From the NCBI GenBank assembly GCA_963779755.1, contig CAVZZO010000001.1, positions 256,001 to 320,000 of the forward strand: DNA of 64,000 nucleotides, read 5' to 3'. The DNA is from an uncultured Gemmatimonadales bacterium. Its GTDB lineage: Bacteria; Gemmatimonadota; Gemmatimonadetes; Gemmatimonadales; GWC2-71-9. The position numbers and the translations under genes were made by a program. Of this stretch, positions 55,286 through 64,000 are shown in pieces. The notes under the pieces were generated by a model. That model was not told the origin of the DNA, searched no databases, and worked only from the letters and a program-made list of their open reading frames with translations. How positions within the stretch are numbered: position 1 is the stretch's first letter; each line of letters begins with the position of its first letter.

Positions 55286-58200
55286 CTATCCGGCGCCGGT
55301 GGTGCGGGCCAGGCCCAACTGAGCCTGGCGCAGATACAGCCGGTAGGCGGGATCCGCCGATTTCCACTGGGCCAGGGCGGCGCGATACTCGTCGGCGGCG
55401 GCGTTCCGGCGCCCCAGTTCCTCGTAGGCCCGGCCCCGGATCAGATGCACCCGTCCCAGCAGGCCCCAGCGGGAGTCGAACCCGCGGGTAGAGAGGGCGG
55501 CGGGCTCGAACCCCTGCAGGATATCCAGGGTGCGCTGGTAATCGCCCAGTCCCAGATAGACGAGGCCCAGCAGGGGCCGCTGGTCGCCGAGGCCCATGCC
55601 CTTGGTACTGGCGGAGTCCGCCTCCGCCAGTACCCGGCGGGCGCTGTCGCGCGCTCCCTGGCTCAGGGCCAGCAGGGCCCGGATGACCCGGGGCAGTGGC
55701 TCTCCCGACAGCGCCTGCAGCTCGCTGAGCGCGGTCGGGTCGTCGGCGCCCACCAGCAGTTCCACCGCCGCCGGGGTGCCGGCCTGCGCGATCTCCCCCC
55801 GTCTGGGCCGCGGGGCGGAACGCGCCTCCTCGGCCGCCGTCTGCCAGAGGGTCCGTAACTGGGCGGCCGGGCCGCCGGCATTGGCGTACAGTGCCGAGAC
55901 CGCCAGCAGGTGATAGTGCTCCATGTCCATCCCGGCGCCCGGATGATAGAGCATCCGGCGGACCTCATCTCCCAGGTTCAGGGCGCGCCGGGCATACCGC
56001 AGGTCGCCCAGGTAGGCAAAGACATTGGCGGCCGAGTTGACGTCCACGAAGCTGGCGGGCGAGGCGCCCGCGAAATCGGCGCTCCGCACCGAATCGAGCG
56101 CCGCCCGCAGCAGCCGGGCTGCGGCATCGATATCCCCCGCCTGGAACCGGATCCGGCCCTCGACGAACTGCAGTTCGGGATGCGGGCCGGGATCCAGGGT
56201 TCGGACCCGGCTTAGCTCATTCAGCGCTGCCTCGGAGTTGCCGGTGGCCGCCAGGGCCTCCATGAGCGCCAGGTGCGCCCGCGGCGTCTCCGGCTGCCGC
56301 GCCACCCAGGTGCGGCCCCGGGCCACCGCCTCGGCCCCGGCCCGGCGGACGGCCTCGCTCAGTCGCGAGCTGTCCAGTAGCGCCCGCCCCGAGGGTTCCC
56401 GGGCGGGAACGAACGAATCGGGGGTGACCAGCGCATACGGCGAGTAGGGGCGGCCGGCGGTGGTCAACATCGTCATGATGTGATCGTACGCCAGCGAATA
56501 TCCCGGATCGAGAGTCAGCGCCCGCTCGAAGGCCCGGAGCGAGTTGGTCCAATGGGTCACCGGAGCCGCCGTGCTGGTGTCGTGGAACCAGGCGTCACCC
56601 AATCCGTACCAGGCGTCGGCATCCCGGCTGTCGCGGGAGAGCAGCGCCTGGTAGAGCCCGCGCGCGGTGGTGTAGTCTCCTTCGAGGAAGGTGCGGTACG
56701 CGTCCACCATGGTGCGCTCCCGCTGGGGCAGCCGGTCGCTGAAGCGGGTCGCGGCCTGGATGGCGGCGGAGCCGGCGGAGTCGTTCTGCCCCACCATCCA
56801 GCCCCGGGTCAGTGCCAGGCGATAGTATGCCAGCGCAAAGGTGCTGTCGGCGGCGATCGCCCGGCGCAGTTCCTGGTCGGCGTCTTCCAGACTCCACTGG
56901 TTGAGGGCATCGATGCCGCGCAGGTAGGCCCGGTAAGCCTCCAGCGATGAGGTGGTCATCTGTGCCAGGCCGGCCCGCACTCCTCCGGGCGCGCCGGAGA
57001 GATCCAGCAGGCGGCCGGCCAGCCGGTCGAACAGGGGCCGGACATCCTCGCCCGGCGTGCCGCTCACCTCCGCCACGTCGATCCGGCGCCCGGTGGCCAC
57101 GTCGAAGACCCGCGCCGCCAGGAAGAGCGAATCGCCGGCCGCGGTGTAATTCCCCAGCACCACCGTCGCGGCTCCCGCCTCGCGGGCCAGCTGCCGGGCG
57201 CGATCCAGCCCGATATCGTCTGCCACCCGGAGTCCCGCGTGGGACAACAGGTCATGCATGCGCTCGTGGTCCACCACGCTGAGGTCGTTCCACTGGGACA
57301 TCGTGAGGGAAAGCATGTTCACGCTTCCCTCGCGCAGCCATTCGAGCGAGGGCTGCTCTCGCAGATTGTCGAACGGCAGGATGAGCAGGGAACGACGCGC
57401 GTCGCCCTTGCCGGCAGCGGCCGAGCGGAAGCGGAGCCAGCCCAATCCGCCCGCCAGCAGCAGCAGGACTACCGCCATCGCCGCCAGCAGCGCGCCGCGC
57501 CGCGGGCGCTGCGGTACCCGCGTCTGCCGCAGCGCCTCTGACATTTCCAGCCCGCTCTGCCAGCGCTTGCCGGGCGCTTTCTCCAGCGCCCGCATGATCA
57601 CCGCGGCCAGAACGGGGGGTGTGCCCGGCCGGACCCGGCTCAAGGGGCGGGGCCGGTCGTTGAGCTGCATGGAGATGACCGCGGCGCTGGAGGGGCCCCG
57701 GAAAGGCGGAAATCCGGCGATGGATTCGTAGGACACCAGCCCCAGACTGTACAGGTCGCTGCGGGCATCCACCGCTTCTCCCGCCGCCTGTTCCGGACTC
57801 ATGTAGGTCGGTGTGCCCACGGCCACGCCCTGGCCAGTATCGGGGGAGCCCGGATCGGCTTCCAGAAACCGGGCAATGCCGAAGTCCGCCAGCAGGGCCC
57901 GCCCGGTCGCGCTCTCCAGCAGGATGTTCTCGGGCTTGACGTCCCGGTGGACCAGGCCGGCCGTCCCGGCGGCATGGAGCGCTTCGGCGATCTGACCGGT
58001 GATCCGCGCCGCATCGCCGGGTGGCAGCCGCCCCTCCCGGTTCAGCCGCTGGCGCAGGCTCTCCCCGGGTACGTGGTCCATTACATAGTAGAGGAATCCG
58101 GTCGCCTCGCCCGCAGCATGGACGGCCACGATGTTGGGGTGGCGCAGCCGGGCGATCATCCTGGCCTCGGCCAGGAACCGGTGGGTGATCGACGGATGGA

Positions 58201-58363
58201 CCGCCAGGTCGGGGTGCATCACCTTGACGGCGACCTGACGGTCCAGGGTCAGGTCCCGGGCCAGGAACACCAGCCCCATACCCCCGCGCCCGAGCTCGCG
58301 CTCGATCCGGTAATTCGGACCCAGCGCCGCTCCCAGTCGAGCCGCCAGTTCGCTGTGTTCCAT
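55286..58363 (-). CDS. Hanks-type Ser/Thr kinase with TM segment and TPR-rich C-terminal region
   Basis: Start MEHSELAARL; LGRGGMGLVF, VAVK, HRDVKPENIL, DFG, GTPTYMSPEQ; TM; ILPFDNL domain; TPR repeats. Confidence 0.93.
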   Translation of the reverse strand: MEHSELAARLGAALGPNYRIERELGRGGMGLVFLARDLTLDRQVAVKVMHPDLAVHPSITHRFLAEARMIARLRHPNIVAVHAAGEATGFLYYVMDHVPGESLRQRLNREGRLPPGDAARITGQIAEALHAAGTAGLVHRDVKPENILLESATGRALLADFGIARFLEADPGSPDTGQGVAVGTPTYMSPEQAAGEAVDARSDLYSLGLVSYESIAGFPPFRGPSSAAVISMQLNDRPRPLSRVRPGTPPVLAAVIMRALEKAPGKRWQSGLEMSEALRQTRVPQRPRRGALLAAMAVVLLLLAGGLGWLRFRSAAAGKGDARRSLLILPFDNLREQPSLEWLREGSVNMLSLTMSQWNDLSVVDHERMHDLLSHAGLRVADDIGLDRARQLAREAGAATVVLGNYTAAGDSLFLAARVFDVATGRRIDVAEVSGTPGEDVRPLFDRLAGRLLDLSGAPGGVRAGLAQMTTSSLEAYRAYLRGIDALNQWSLEDADQELRRAIAADSTFALAYYRLALTRGWMVGQNDSAGSAAIQAATRFSDRLPQRERTMVDAYRTFLEGDYTTARGLYQALLSRDSRDADAWYGLGDAWFHDTSTAAPVTHWTNSLRAFERALTLDPGYSLAYDHIMTMLTTAGRPYSPYALVTPDSFVPAREPSGRALLDSSRLSEAVRRAGAEAVARGRTWVARQPETPRAHLALMEALAATGNSEAALNELSRVRTLDPGPHPELQFVEGRIRFQAGDIDAAARLLRAALDSVRSADFAGASPASFVDVNSAANVFAYLGDLRYARRALNLGDEVRRMLYHPGAGMDMEHYHLLAVSALYANAGGPAAQLRTLWQTAAEEARSAPRPRRGEIAQAGTPAAVELLVGADDPTALSELQALSGEPLPRVIRALLALSQGARDSARRVLAEADSASTKGMGLGDQRPLLGLVYLGLGDYQRTLDILQGFEPAALSTRGFDSRWGLLGRVHLIRGRAYEELGRRNAAADEYRAALAQWKSADPAYRLYLRQAQLGLARTTGAG

Positions 58364-58603
58364 AGACTTGGCGCCGCCGGTCACAGGCTCGTGCCCGCCC
58401 GTCGGGGGCGGGGGTGATCTTCTGATAAAATAGGGCCCGGCCGCGGGGCGGCCAGAGCCAGTACTCGATAGATGATGGATACGACCCGAAGGTTGCCCGC
58501 GCGCCGGCGCACCAGGATGCGCGTTTCGTACTGCTGGGGACGGTTGAAGGGGAGTTGACACGCACGGGCTAGCGTCGCCCAACCCTCTCACCCCCTTCGT
58601 CCC

Positions 58604-59515
58604 ATGGGCCACTATGCCAATCCCGCAGCCGGACACCCGCCAGCCCGGTATGTCGCCGCGGTCCTGACCCCCGCCGAGCGCGCCCGGGTGGATGCCGCCG
58701 GGCAGGGGTGCTTCCGGGTGCTCCATCGCGATTCCATCCCCGAAGCCATCCGGGCCGTCCGGGAGCGCGCGGTGGCCGCTGTCCTGGTATCCGTACACCA
58801 CCGGGACGGCTCCCGCCCCGATGCGCTTACCAGCCTGGTCCGGGATTTTCCCGGCCTGCCGACGCTGGCTCTGGTGAGTCGCCAGGATGCCGTCGCCTCG
58901 GAGGCGCTGCTCCGGTTCGGAGCATCCGGCTGCCGCGACGTGATCGACGTGACCTCCGCGGCCGGCTGGCAGCGGCTGCGGGAGCTGATCGCCCAGCCGG
59001 GTACCGCTTCCAGCGCCCGGATTCAGGCTCCGCTCTTCGAAGCGGCCCCGCTGACCGCCGATGGCCGGGTGTTCTTCGAAGCGATGATCCGGCTGGCTCC
59101 TTCGGTGGTCACGGTCCGGCAGCTGGCGCGGCGGGTGCACATCCGGCCCAGCACGCTCATGTCGCGCTTCGTCCGCAGCCGGCTGCCGTCGCCCAAGAGC
59201 TACCTCGCGGGCATTCGCCTGCTGCACGCCGCGCTGTTGTTCGAAACGCCGGGCCTCTCGGTGGCGGATGTCGCCTACCGGCTGGAGTACTCCTCACCCC
59301 AGAGCTTCGGACGCCATCTCCGGTCCATGCTGGGGCTCACCTCCACCGAGTTCCGGCGGCGGTTTCCCTTTCCGGTGGCGATCCAGCGGTTCCTGTCGCT
59401 GATGATCCGTCCCTATGGGGCCGTCCTGCGGGAATTCCATCCTCTGGCGGGCACCCGGCCGGCGCCGGGGCGGGAGATGCGGATCAGCGGAGGCCCAGGC
59501 TGCTCGCGGTCGTGA
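58604..59515 (+). CDS. AraC family transcriptional regulator
   Basis: C-terminal TVRQLARRVHIRPSTLMSRF...SVADVAYRLEYSSPQSFGRHLRSMLGLTSTEFR; receiver-like N-terminus. Confidence 0.85.
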   Translation: MGHYANPAAGHPPARYVAAVLTPAERARVDAAGQGCFRVLHRDSIPEAIRAVRERAVAAVLVSVHHRDGSRPDALTSLVRDFPGLPTLALVSRQDAVASEALLRFGASGCRDVIDVTSAAGWQRLRELIAQPGTASSARIQAPLFEAAPLTADGRVFFEAMIRLAPSVVTVRQLARRVHIRPSTLMSRFVRSRLPSPKSYLAGIRLLHAALLFETPGLSVADVAYRLEYSSPQSFGRHLRSMLGLTSTEFRRRFPFPVAIQRFLSLMIRPYGAVLREFHPLAGTRPAPGREMRISGGPGCSRS

Positions 59516-60029
59516 GGGCATGCACCGCGTAGCCGGCTTCCACCAGCCGGCGGCGTCCGCCTTCTTCCCGATCGACCACCGCGAGCACGCCCAGCACCGT
59601 TCCCCCGGCGGTTTCCAGGGTCGCGATGGCTTCCAGGGCGGAGCCGCCCGACGTGATGACATCCTCCACCACCACCACCGCGTCGCCCGGGCGGAAATTC
59701 CCCTCGATCCGGCGGCCGGTTCCGTGGTCCTTGGGAGCCTTGCGTACACTGAAGGCGTCGATGGGGGTTCCGGCGGCGGCGCTGGCGCCGGCAATGGCGT
59801 AGGCGACCGGATCGGCGCCCATGGTGAGCCCACCGATCACCCGGGGTGCCCACCTTTCCCGCGCCAGCGCCTCCAGCCCCAGCCGCCCGATCAGCTGCTG
59901 CCCCTCGGCCGACATGGTGGCGAGCCGGGCGTCGATGTAGTAGGGGCTGCGCGCCCCCGAGGCCAGCACGAAATCTCCCCGGCGGACGGAGCGTTCCAGC
60001 AGCAGAGCCTCGAGCGCCCCGGCGCTCAC
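59484..60029 (-). CDS. pyrE: Orotate phosphoribosyltransferase
   Basis: GDFVLASGARSPYYIDAR, GGLTMGADP, RKAPKDHGT, VVEDVITSGGSA, VDREEGG. Confidence 0.95.
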   Translation of the reverse strand: MSAGALEALLLERSVRRGDFVLASGARSPYYIDARLATMSAEGQQLIGRLGLEALARERWAPRVIGGLTMGADPVAYAIAGASAAAGTPIDAFSVRKAPKDHGTGRRIEGNFRPGDAVVVVEDVITSGGSALEAIATLETAGGTVLGVLAVVDREEGGRRRLVEAGYAVHALTTASSLGLR

Positions 60030-60922
60030 GGGCGGCGGCGGAACAGGCCGGAAAACAACCCGCTCTTTGCTCCCTTGTCGTCGCGGATGGCTGTGCAGAG
60101 CGCCTGGACAAACGCGTCTATCGATTTGTAGCGCCTGGACAAATCGCGTTCGAGGCCCTGCATGATGGCCGCCTCGACCTCCGGCGCGAAGCGGAGCCCT
60201 TTCGCCGCCTGGTTGAGCGGCAGGGGCGGCTGGGTGAGCAGCTGCTGAAACAGCTCACGGGGCGAGCGGCCGGTGTACGGCAGGACGCCCACCAGGAGAT
60301 AATACGCGATCGTCGCCAGGCTGTAGACGTCGGCCTGCTCATTGACCAGTTCGCCGCTTAGCGCTTCGGGCGCGACGTACTGCAGCGTTCCGACGAAAAA
60401 CCCGGTTCGGGTGAGCCGCTCTTCGGGGGCGGCATCGGCGTCCCGGGCGATGCCGAAATCCAGCAGCTTGGCCGTCCGGGTGGCCGGGTCGTACATGATG
60501 TTGGCCGGCTTGAGATCGCGATGAATGATCCCGCGGCCGTGCGCCGAGCTGAGCGCCGCGCCCAGTTGCTCGATGATCGACGCGACCAGCTCCGGCGCCA
60601 GCTGCCCCGAGCGGGTGGCGAAGGTGGCGAGGGGCTCGCCCGGCGCCCACTCGAGCGCCAGATAGTAGATCCCGTCCGTCTCGCCGAAATCGAAGGTGCG
60701 GACGATATTGGGGTGATCCACCCGGGCACCGTACTCGGCCTCGCGCAGAAACCGCTTGACGGCCGTCGGATCCTGGCTCAGCCGGGGGCGCAGCACCTTG
60801 ACCGCCGCCACCCCGCGCTGGGGGTGCTCGGCACGATAGACGGACGCCGTCCCTCCCTCGCCAACGTGCTCGAGAAGACGATATCCTGAGATGGTCCGGC
60901 CGACCAGATTCTCTTGCGCCAT
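60026..60922 (-). CDS. Stand-alone Hanks-type Ser/Thr kinase
   Basis: GEGGTASVY, AAVK, HRDLKPANI, DFG, GTLQYVAPE, DVYSL; no TM or sensor domain. Confidence 0.92.
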   Translation of the reverse strand: MAQENLVGRTISGYRLLEHVGEGGTASVYRAEHPQRGVAAVKVLRPRLSQDPTAVKRFLREAEYGARVDHPNIVRTFDFGETDGIYYLALEWAPGEPLATFATRSGQLAPELVASIIEQLGAALSSAHGRGIIHRDLKPANIMYDPATRTAKLLDFGIARDADAAPEERLTRTGFFVGTLQYVAPEALSGELVNEQADVYSLATIAYYLLVGVLPYTGRSPRELFQQLLTQPPLPLNQAAKGLRFAPEVEAAIMQGLERDLSRRYKSIDAFVQALCTAIRDDKGAKSGLFSGLFRRRP

Positions 60923-61045
60923 GGGAATTGGCCAAGGTACTCTCTGCCGGTGGCCGCAGCAAGGCGCCGTCGGGTTGACGCCCCCGAAGGCGGACCGCTA
61001 ACGTTCCACGTGTTGCGAAAATGTGACAATCCACCCGGGGGAGCC

Positions 61046-62395
61046 GTGTTCCGTCGTTGGGCAGCGTGCGCCGCACTCGGCGCGGTAGTCGCGGGGTGCG
61101 GCAGCTGGCAGCGGGTCGGCAGCAATCCTCCGCCCGATGTGACCGCGTCCGTCACCCAGTTGTTCGATATGGCTTCGGTATATCACCGCCTGGGCCGTCT
61201 GGCCGTGGGCGGTGCCCTGCCGTTTGTCGGCACCGTGGTCTACGCCGCCGGCCCGGGCGATACCACCATGGCCCTGCTCGGGCTCTCGCTGGAAAACCGG
61301 GTCCTCAGTTTTACCCGCGACAGCACCGGCTTCGTCGCGCACTACCACGTCGATATCCACGCCACCGGCCGCGATTCCAGTACCGTGAGCTCGGCGCGCG
61401 ACGAAACCGTCCGGGCGCCGACCTACAACGAAACGCTGCGCAACGACGAGAGCGTGGTTTTCCAGCAGGAGCTGCACCTCACGCCGGGCGACTACCACCT
61501 GAGCGTTCAGGTGCGCGATCTCACCTCGTCACAGCACAGCGAGGCCGCGCTCGACCTCACCGTCCCGGCGTACTCGTCCGGTACCACCTCCGAGCCGATC
61601 GTCGCCTACGCGGTGACCGGCCGGGAGCGCCAGTCCGATTCGCTGCAGATCATTCTCAACCCCCGCGGCACCGTCTCCTACGGCAGCGACACGCTTCTGG
61701 CCTACATCGAAGGCTACCAGATGCGGCCCAACCAGGCCGTGCCCATGGAAATCAGGGACCAGAACGACGACCTCATCTTCCGCGATTCCCTTCATTTTGC
61801 CGGCGGGCAGGAGGTCGAGGGCCAGGTGGTGCGGCTGACCCCCGACAGCGCCCCGCTGGGCGAGCTCAAGCTGGTGGTAGGCAGCGGCGACGCACGGCGG
61901 GAAACCTCGGCCATCGTCTCCCTCTCGTCGGACTGGGTGGTCACGAACTACGAGGACATGATCAGCCTGCTACGCTACTTCGGACATCAGGACGAGCTCA
62001 AGGCGCTGCGCGACGCGCCCCCGGCCGACCGGGCCCGGCTCTGGCGGGAGTTCTATCACAAGAGCGATCCCCTTCCGACCACGCCCGGCAACGAAGCGCT
62101 CGATCTCTATTTCTCCCGGCTCGCCGTGGCCGACCGGCGGTTCCGCGATGAAGGGGTGGCCGGCTGGCGCACCGACCGGGGCGAGGTCTACATCCAGCTG
62201 GGGGAGCCGGACGAAGTCTACGATGCCAGCGCCACGGTGCAGGGGTTGGGCCGGGTCATCCGCTGGGTCTACGTGGACGAGCGGCTCTCGCTCATCTTCC
62301 AGGACGAGACCGGCTTCGGACGGTTCAGGCTCTCCACCACCTCGCGCGCGGAGTTCGAGCGGGCCGTGGACCGGCAGCGGCGGCGGACGGGTTAG
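61046..62395 (+). CDS. GWxTD domain-containing lipoprotein
   Basis: VAGC lipobox; DPLPTTPGNE, GWRTDRGEVYIQLGEPD; upstream promoter TTGACG-N18-TAACGT (60975-61004). Confidence 0.88.
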   Translation: MFRRWAACAALGAVVAGCGSWQRVGSNPPPDVTASVTQLFDMASVYHRLGRLAVGGALPFVGTVVYAAGPGDTTMALLGLSLENRVLSFTRDSTGFVAHYHVDIHATGRDSSTVSSARDETVRAPTYNETLRNDESVVFQQELHLTPGDYHLSVQVRDLTSSQHSEAALDLTVPAYSSGTTSEPIVAYAVTGRERQSDSLQIILNPRGTVSYGSDTLLAYIEGYQMRPNQAVPMEIRDQNDDLIFRDSLHFAGGQEVEGQVVRLTPDSAPLGELKLVVGSGDARRETSAIVSLSSDWVVTNYEDMISLLRYFGHQDELKALRDAPPADRARLWREFYHKSDPLPTTPGNEALDLYFSRLAVADRRFRDEGVAGWRTDRGEVYIQLGEPDEVYDASATVQGLGRVIRWVYVDERLSLIFQDETGFGRFRLSTTSRAEFERAVDRQRRRTG

Positions 62396-62404
62396 CCGCC
62401 CGCC

Positions 62405-64000
62405 ATGGCGAACCACGATCCACCGCAGTTCTTCCTGATCGATGGCTACGCGCTGATCTACCGCGCGTTCTTCGCCATGATCGCCCGTCCGCTCAAGACC
62501 TCGCGGGGCGAGAACACCTCGGCGGCCTGGGGCGTGGCCAACTTCCTCCTGCGGCTGCGGGAGAAGTATCGCCCCGATTATCTCGCCTGGGTCAACGACG
62601 CGGGCGATTCGTTCCGCACCGAGGTCTACCCCGAGTACAAGTCCACCCGCGAAAAACTGGATGACGAGTTGCAGGCCGACTTCGACCGCTCGGTGGAGCA
62701 CATCCGCGAGCTGCTCGAGGCCTTCCGCGTGCCCCTGGTGGCGCTGGAAGGCTATGAGGCCGACGACGTGATCGGCTGCCTGGCGCGCGAAGGCGCCGGC
62801 CGCGGCTGGCAGGTGGTCATCGTCTCCGGCGACAAGGATTTCTATCAGTTGATCGGGCCCCGCGTCGCGCTGCTCAATCCGGGCCGGGGCGGCCCGGCCG
62901 GCGTGGACGAACAATGGGTGGATGAATCCAACGCGGTCGAGCGGCTGGGCGTGCCGCCGTCCCAGGTGGCCGATTACCTGGCTCTGGTAGGCGACAGCTC
63001 GGACAACGTGCCGGGCGTGAAGGGGATCGGGGCCAAGGGCGCCGTCACCCTGCTGCGGGAATACGGCGATCTGGAACAGCTGCTGGCACACGCCGCGGAG
63101 ATCAAGGGGAAACGCCCGCGCGAAGCCCTGCTGGCCCAGGGCGACGCCGCCCGCCTGTCACGGCGGCTGGTGACGATCCAGTGCGATCTGCCGGTAGGGG
63201 TCGAGCTGGATACGCTGGCGGTGCAGCCGCCGGACCAGACAGCCGCGGCACGGGTGCTGTCGGAGCTGGAGTTCTACACCCTGGTGCCTCAGGTGGGCCT
63301 CCAGGAGGCGGAGCCGGCTCCGGTGGTGGCGGGGCAGCCCGAACCCCGGGTGATCACCGACCCCGCCGAGCTGTTCGGCCTGGCCGCGCGGCTGCGGCAG
63401 GCCCCGGTGGTGGCGCTCAAGACGGAAGGATCCGCCCCCGACCCCCGCGAAGCCGACCTGCTCGGCCTGTCGCTGGCGGTCTCGCCCGGGGAGAGCTGGT
63501 ATCTCCCGTTCGGGCACCGCCAGCCCGGAGAGCTGCTCGACAGCGGCGCCACCCTTCTCAACCTGCCGCCGCTGGGCACGGCGGCCTGCCGGCCGGTGGC
63601 CGAAGTGCTGCGCGACGCCGCGGTGCCGAAAGCGGGGCACGATCTCAAGTATGACTGGCAGGTCCTGCGCGGCCAGGGCGTAGAGCTGGCCGGCGCGAGC
63701 TACGATGCGCTGCTCGCCAGTTTCGTCCTCGATCCCGGCCGCCGCTCCCATACCATCGACACGCTCAGCCTGGATCATCTGGGCCGTCCGATTCGCTCGC
63801 TGAGCGATGTCATCGGGCGGGGGCGGTCGCAGGTCCCCTTCGCCGAGCTGCCGGTGACCGATGCCGCCGCCTATGGGTGCGCCTGCGCGGCGACGGTCCT
63901 GGCGCTGCGGGAGCATTTCGCCCAGCCGCTGCGGCAGCAGGAACTGCTGCCGCTGCTGGAGGAGATCGAACTGCCGCTCATCGAGGTGCTGGTCGATATG
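62405..64000 (+). CDS. polA: DNA polymerase I (3' end beyond window)
   Basis: Manual translation MANHDPPQFFLIDGYALIYRAFFAM...YPEYKSTR...GYEADDVIG...SGDKDFYQL...GDSSDNVPGVKGIG...GHDLKYD. Confidence 0.96.
   Translation, partial: MANHDPPQFFLIDGYALIYRAFFAMIARPLKTSRGENTSAAWGVANFLLRLREKYRPDYLAWVNDAGDSFRTEVYPEYKSTREKLDDELQADFDRSVEHIRELLEAFRVPLVALEGYEADDVIGCLAREGAGRGWQVVIVSGDKDFYQLIGPRVALLNPGRGGPAGVDEQWVDESNAVERLGVPPSQVADYLALVGDSSDNVPGVKGIGAKGAVTLLREYGDLEQLLAHAAEIKGKRPREALLAQGDAARLSRRLVTIQCDLPVGVELDTLAVQPPDQTAAARVLSELEFYTLVPQVGLQEAEPAPVVAGQPEPRVITDPAELFGLAARLRQAPVVALKTEGSAPDPREADLLGLSLAVSPGESWYLPFGHRQPGELLDSGATLLNLPPLGTAACRPVAEVLRDAAVPKAGHDLKYDWQVLRGQGVELAGASYDALLASFVLDPGRRSHTIDTLSLDHLGRPIRSLSDVIGRGRSQVPFAELPVTDAAAYGCACAATVLALREHFAQPLRQQELLPLLEEIELPLIEVLVDM

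Noticed and set aside
51859..59515. Convergent 3' overlaps dnaN/mtgA (17 bp) and AraC/pyrE (32 bp)
   Set aside because: Short tail overlaps in low-complexity C-termini are common in compact GC-rich genomes.
69..63916. Many long antisense or alternate-frame ORFs (e.g. 3275-5308 +, 37235-38977 -, 46432-48585 +)
   Set aside because: Shadow ORFs expected in high-GC DNA; they overlap genes with clear family motifs and have none of their own.

Overview
High-GC bacterial chromosome window. Gene content and order suggest Gemmatimonadota (inference, not verified). From left to right it holds: (i) a clade II (Sec-exported) nitrous oxide reductase cluster, cytochrome c-nosZ-nosB-nosL-nosD-nosF (cut off by the window edge), divergent from an Rrf2 regulator, with a perfect 11-6-11 palindrome over the predicted nos promoter; (ii) mgtE, a zincin peptidase/ATP-grasp ligase pair and several mostly exported hydrolases; (iii) hutF with an ArgE-like deacylase; (iv) tRNA-Phe and a probable 6S RNA; (v) housekeeping genes (upp, holA, mutS, CBS, ddl); (vi) the origin region rpmH-rnpA-yidD-yidC-mnmE / dnaA-oriC-dnaN, followed by rnpB, two Hanks kinases, pyrE, a GWxTD protein and partial polA. 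Signals the ORF track misses: a thioredoxin-fold gene after mnmE with an in-frame TGA forming U-x-x-C plus a SECIS-like hairpin (probable selenoprotein); the 6S-like RNA; rpmH; rnpA with no canonical start codon; a +1 frameshift in dnaA at a homopolymer (probably a sequencing error); and recurrent 7-mer/9-mer tandem repeats at gene junctions. No CRISPR, integrase or transposase was recognised. All calls come from reading motifs by eye; no searches were run.
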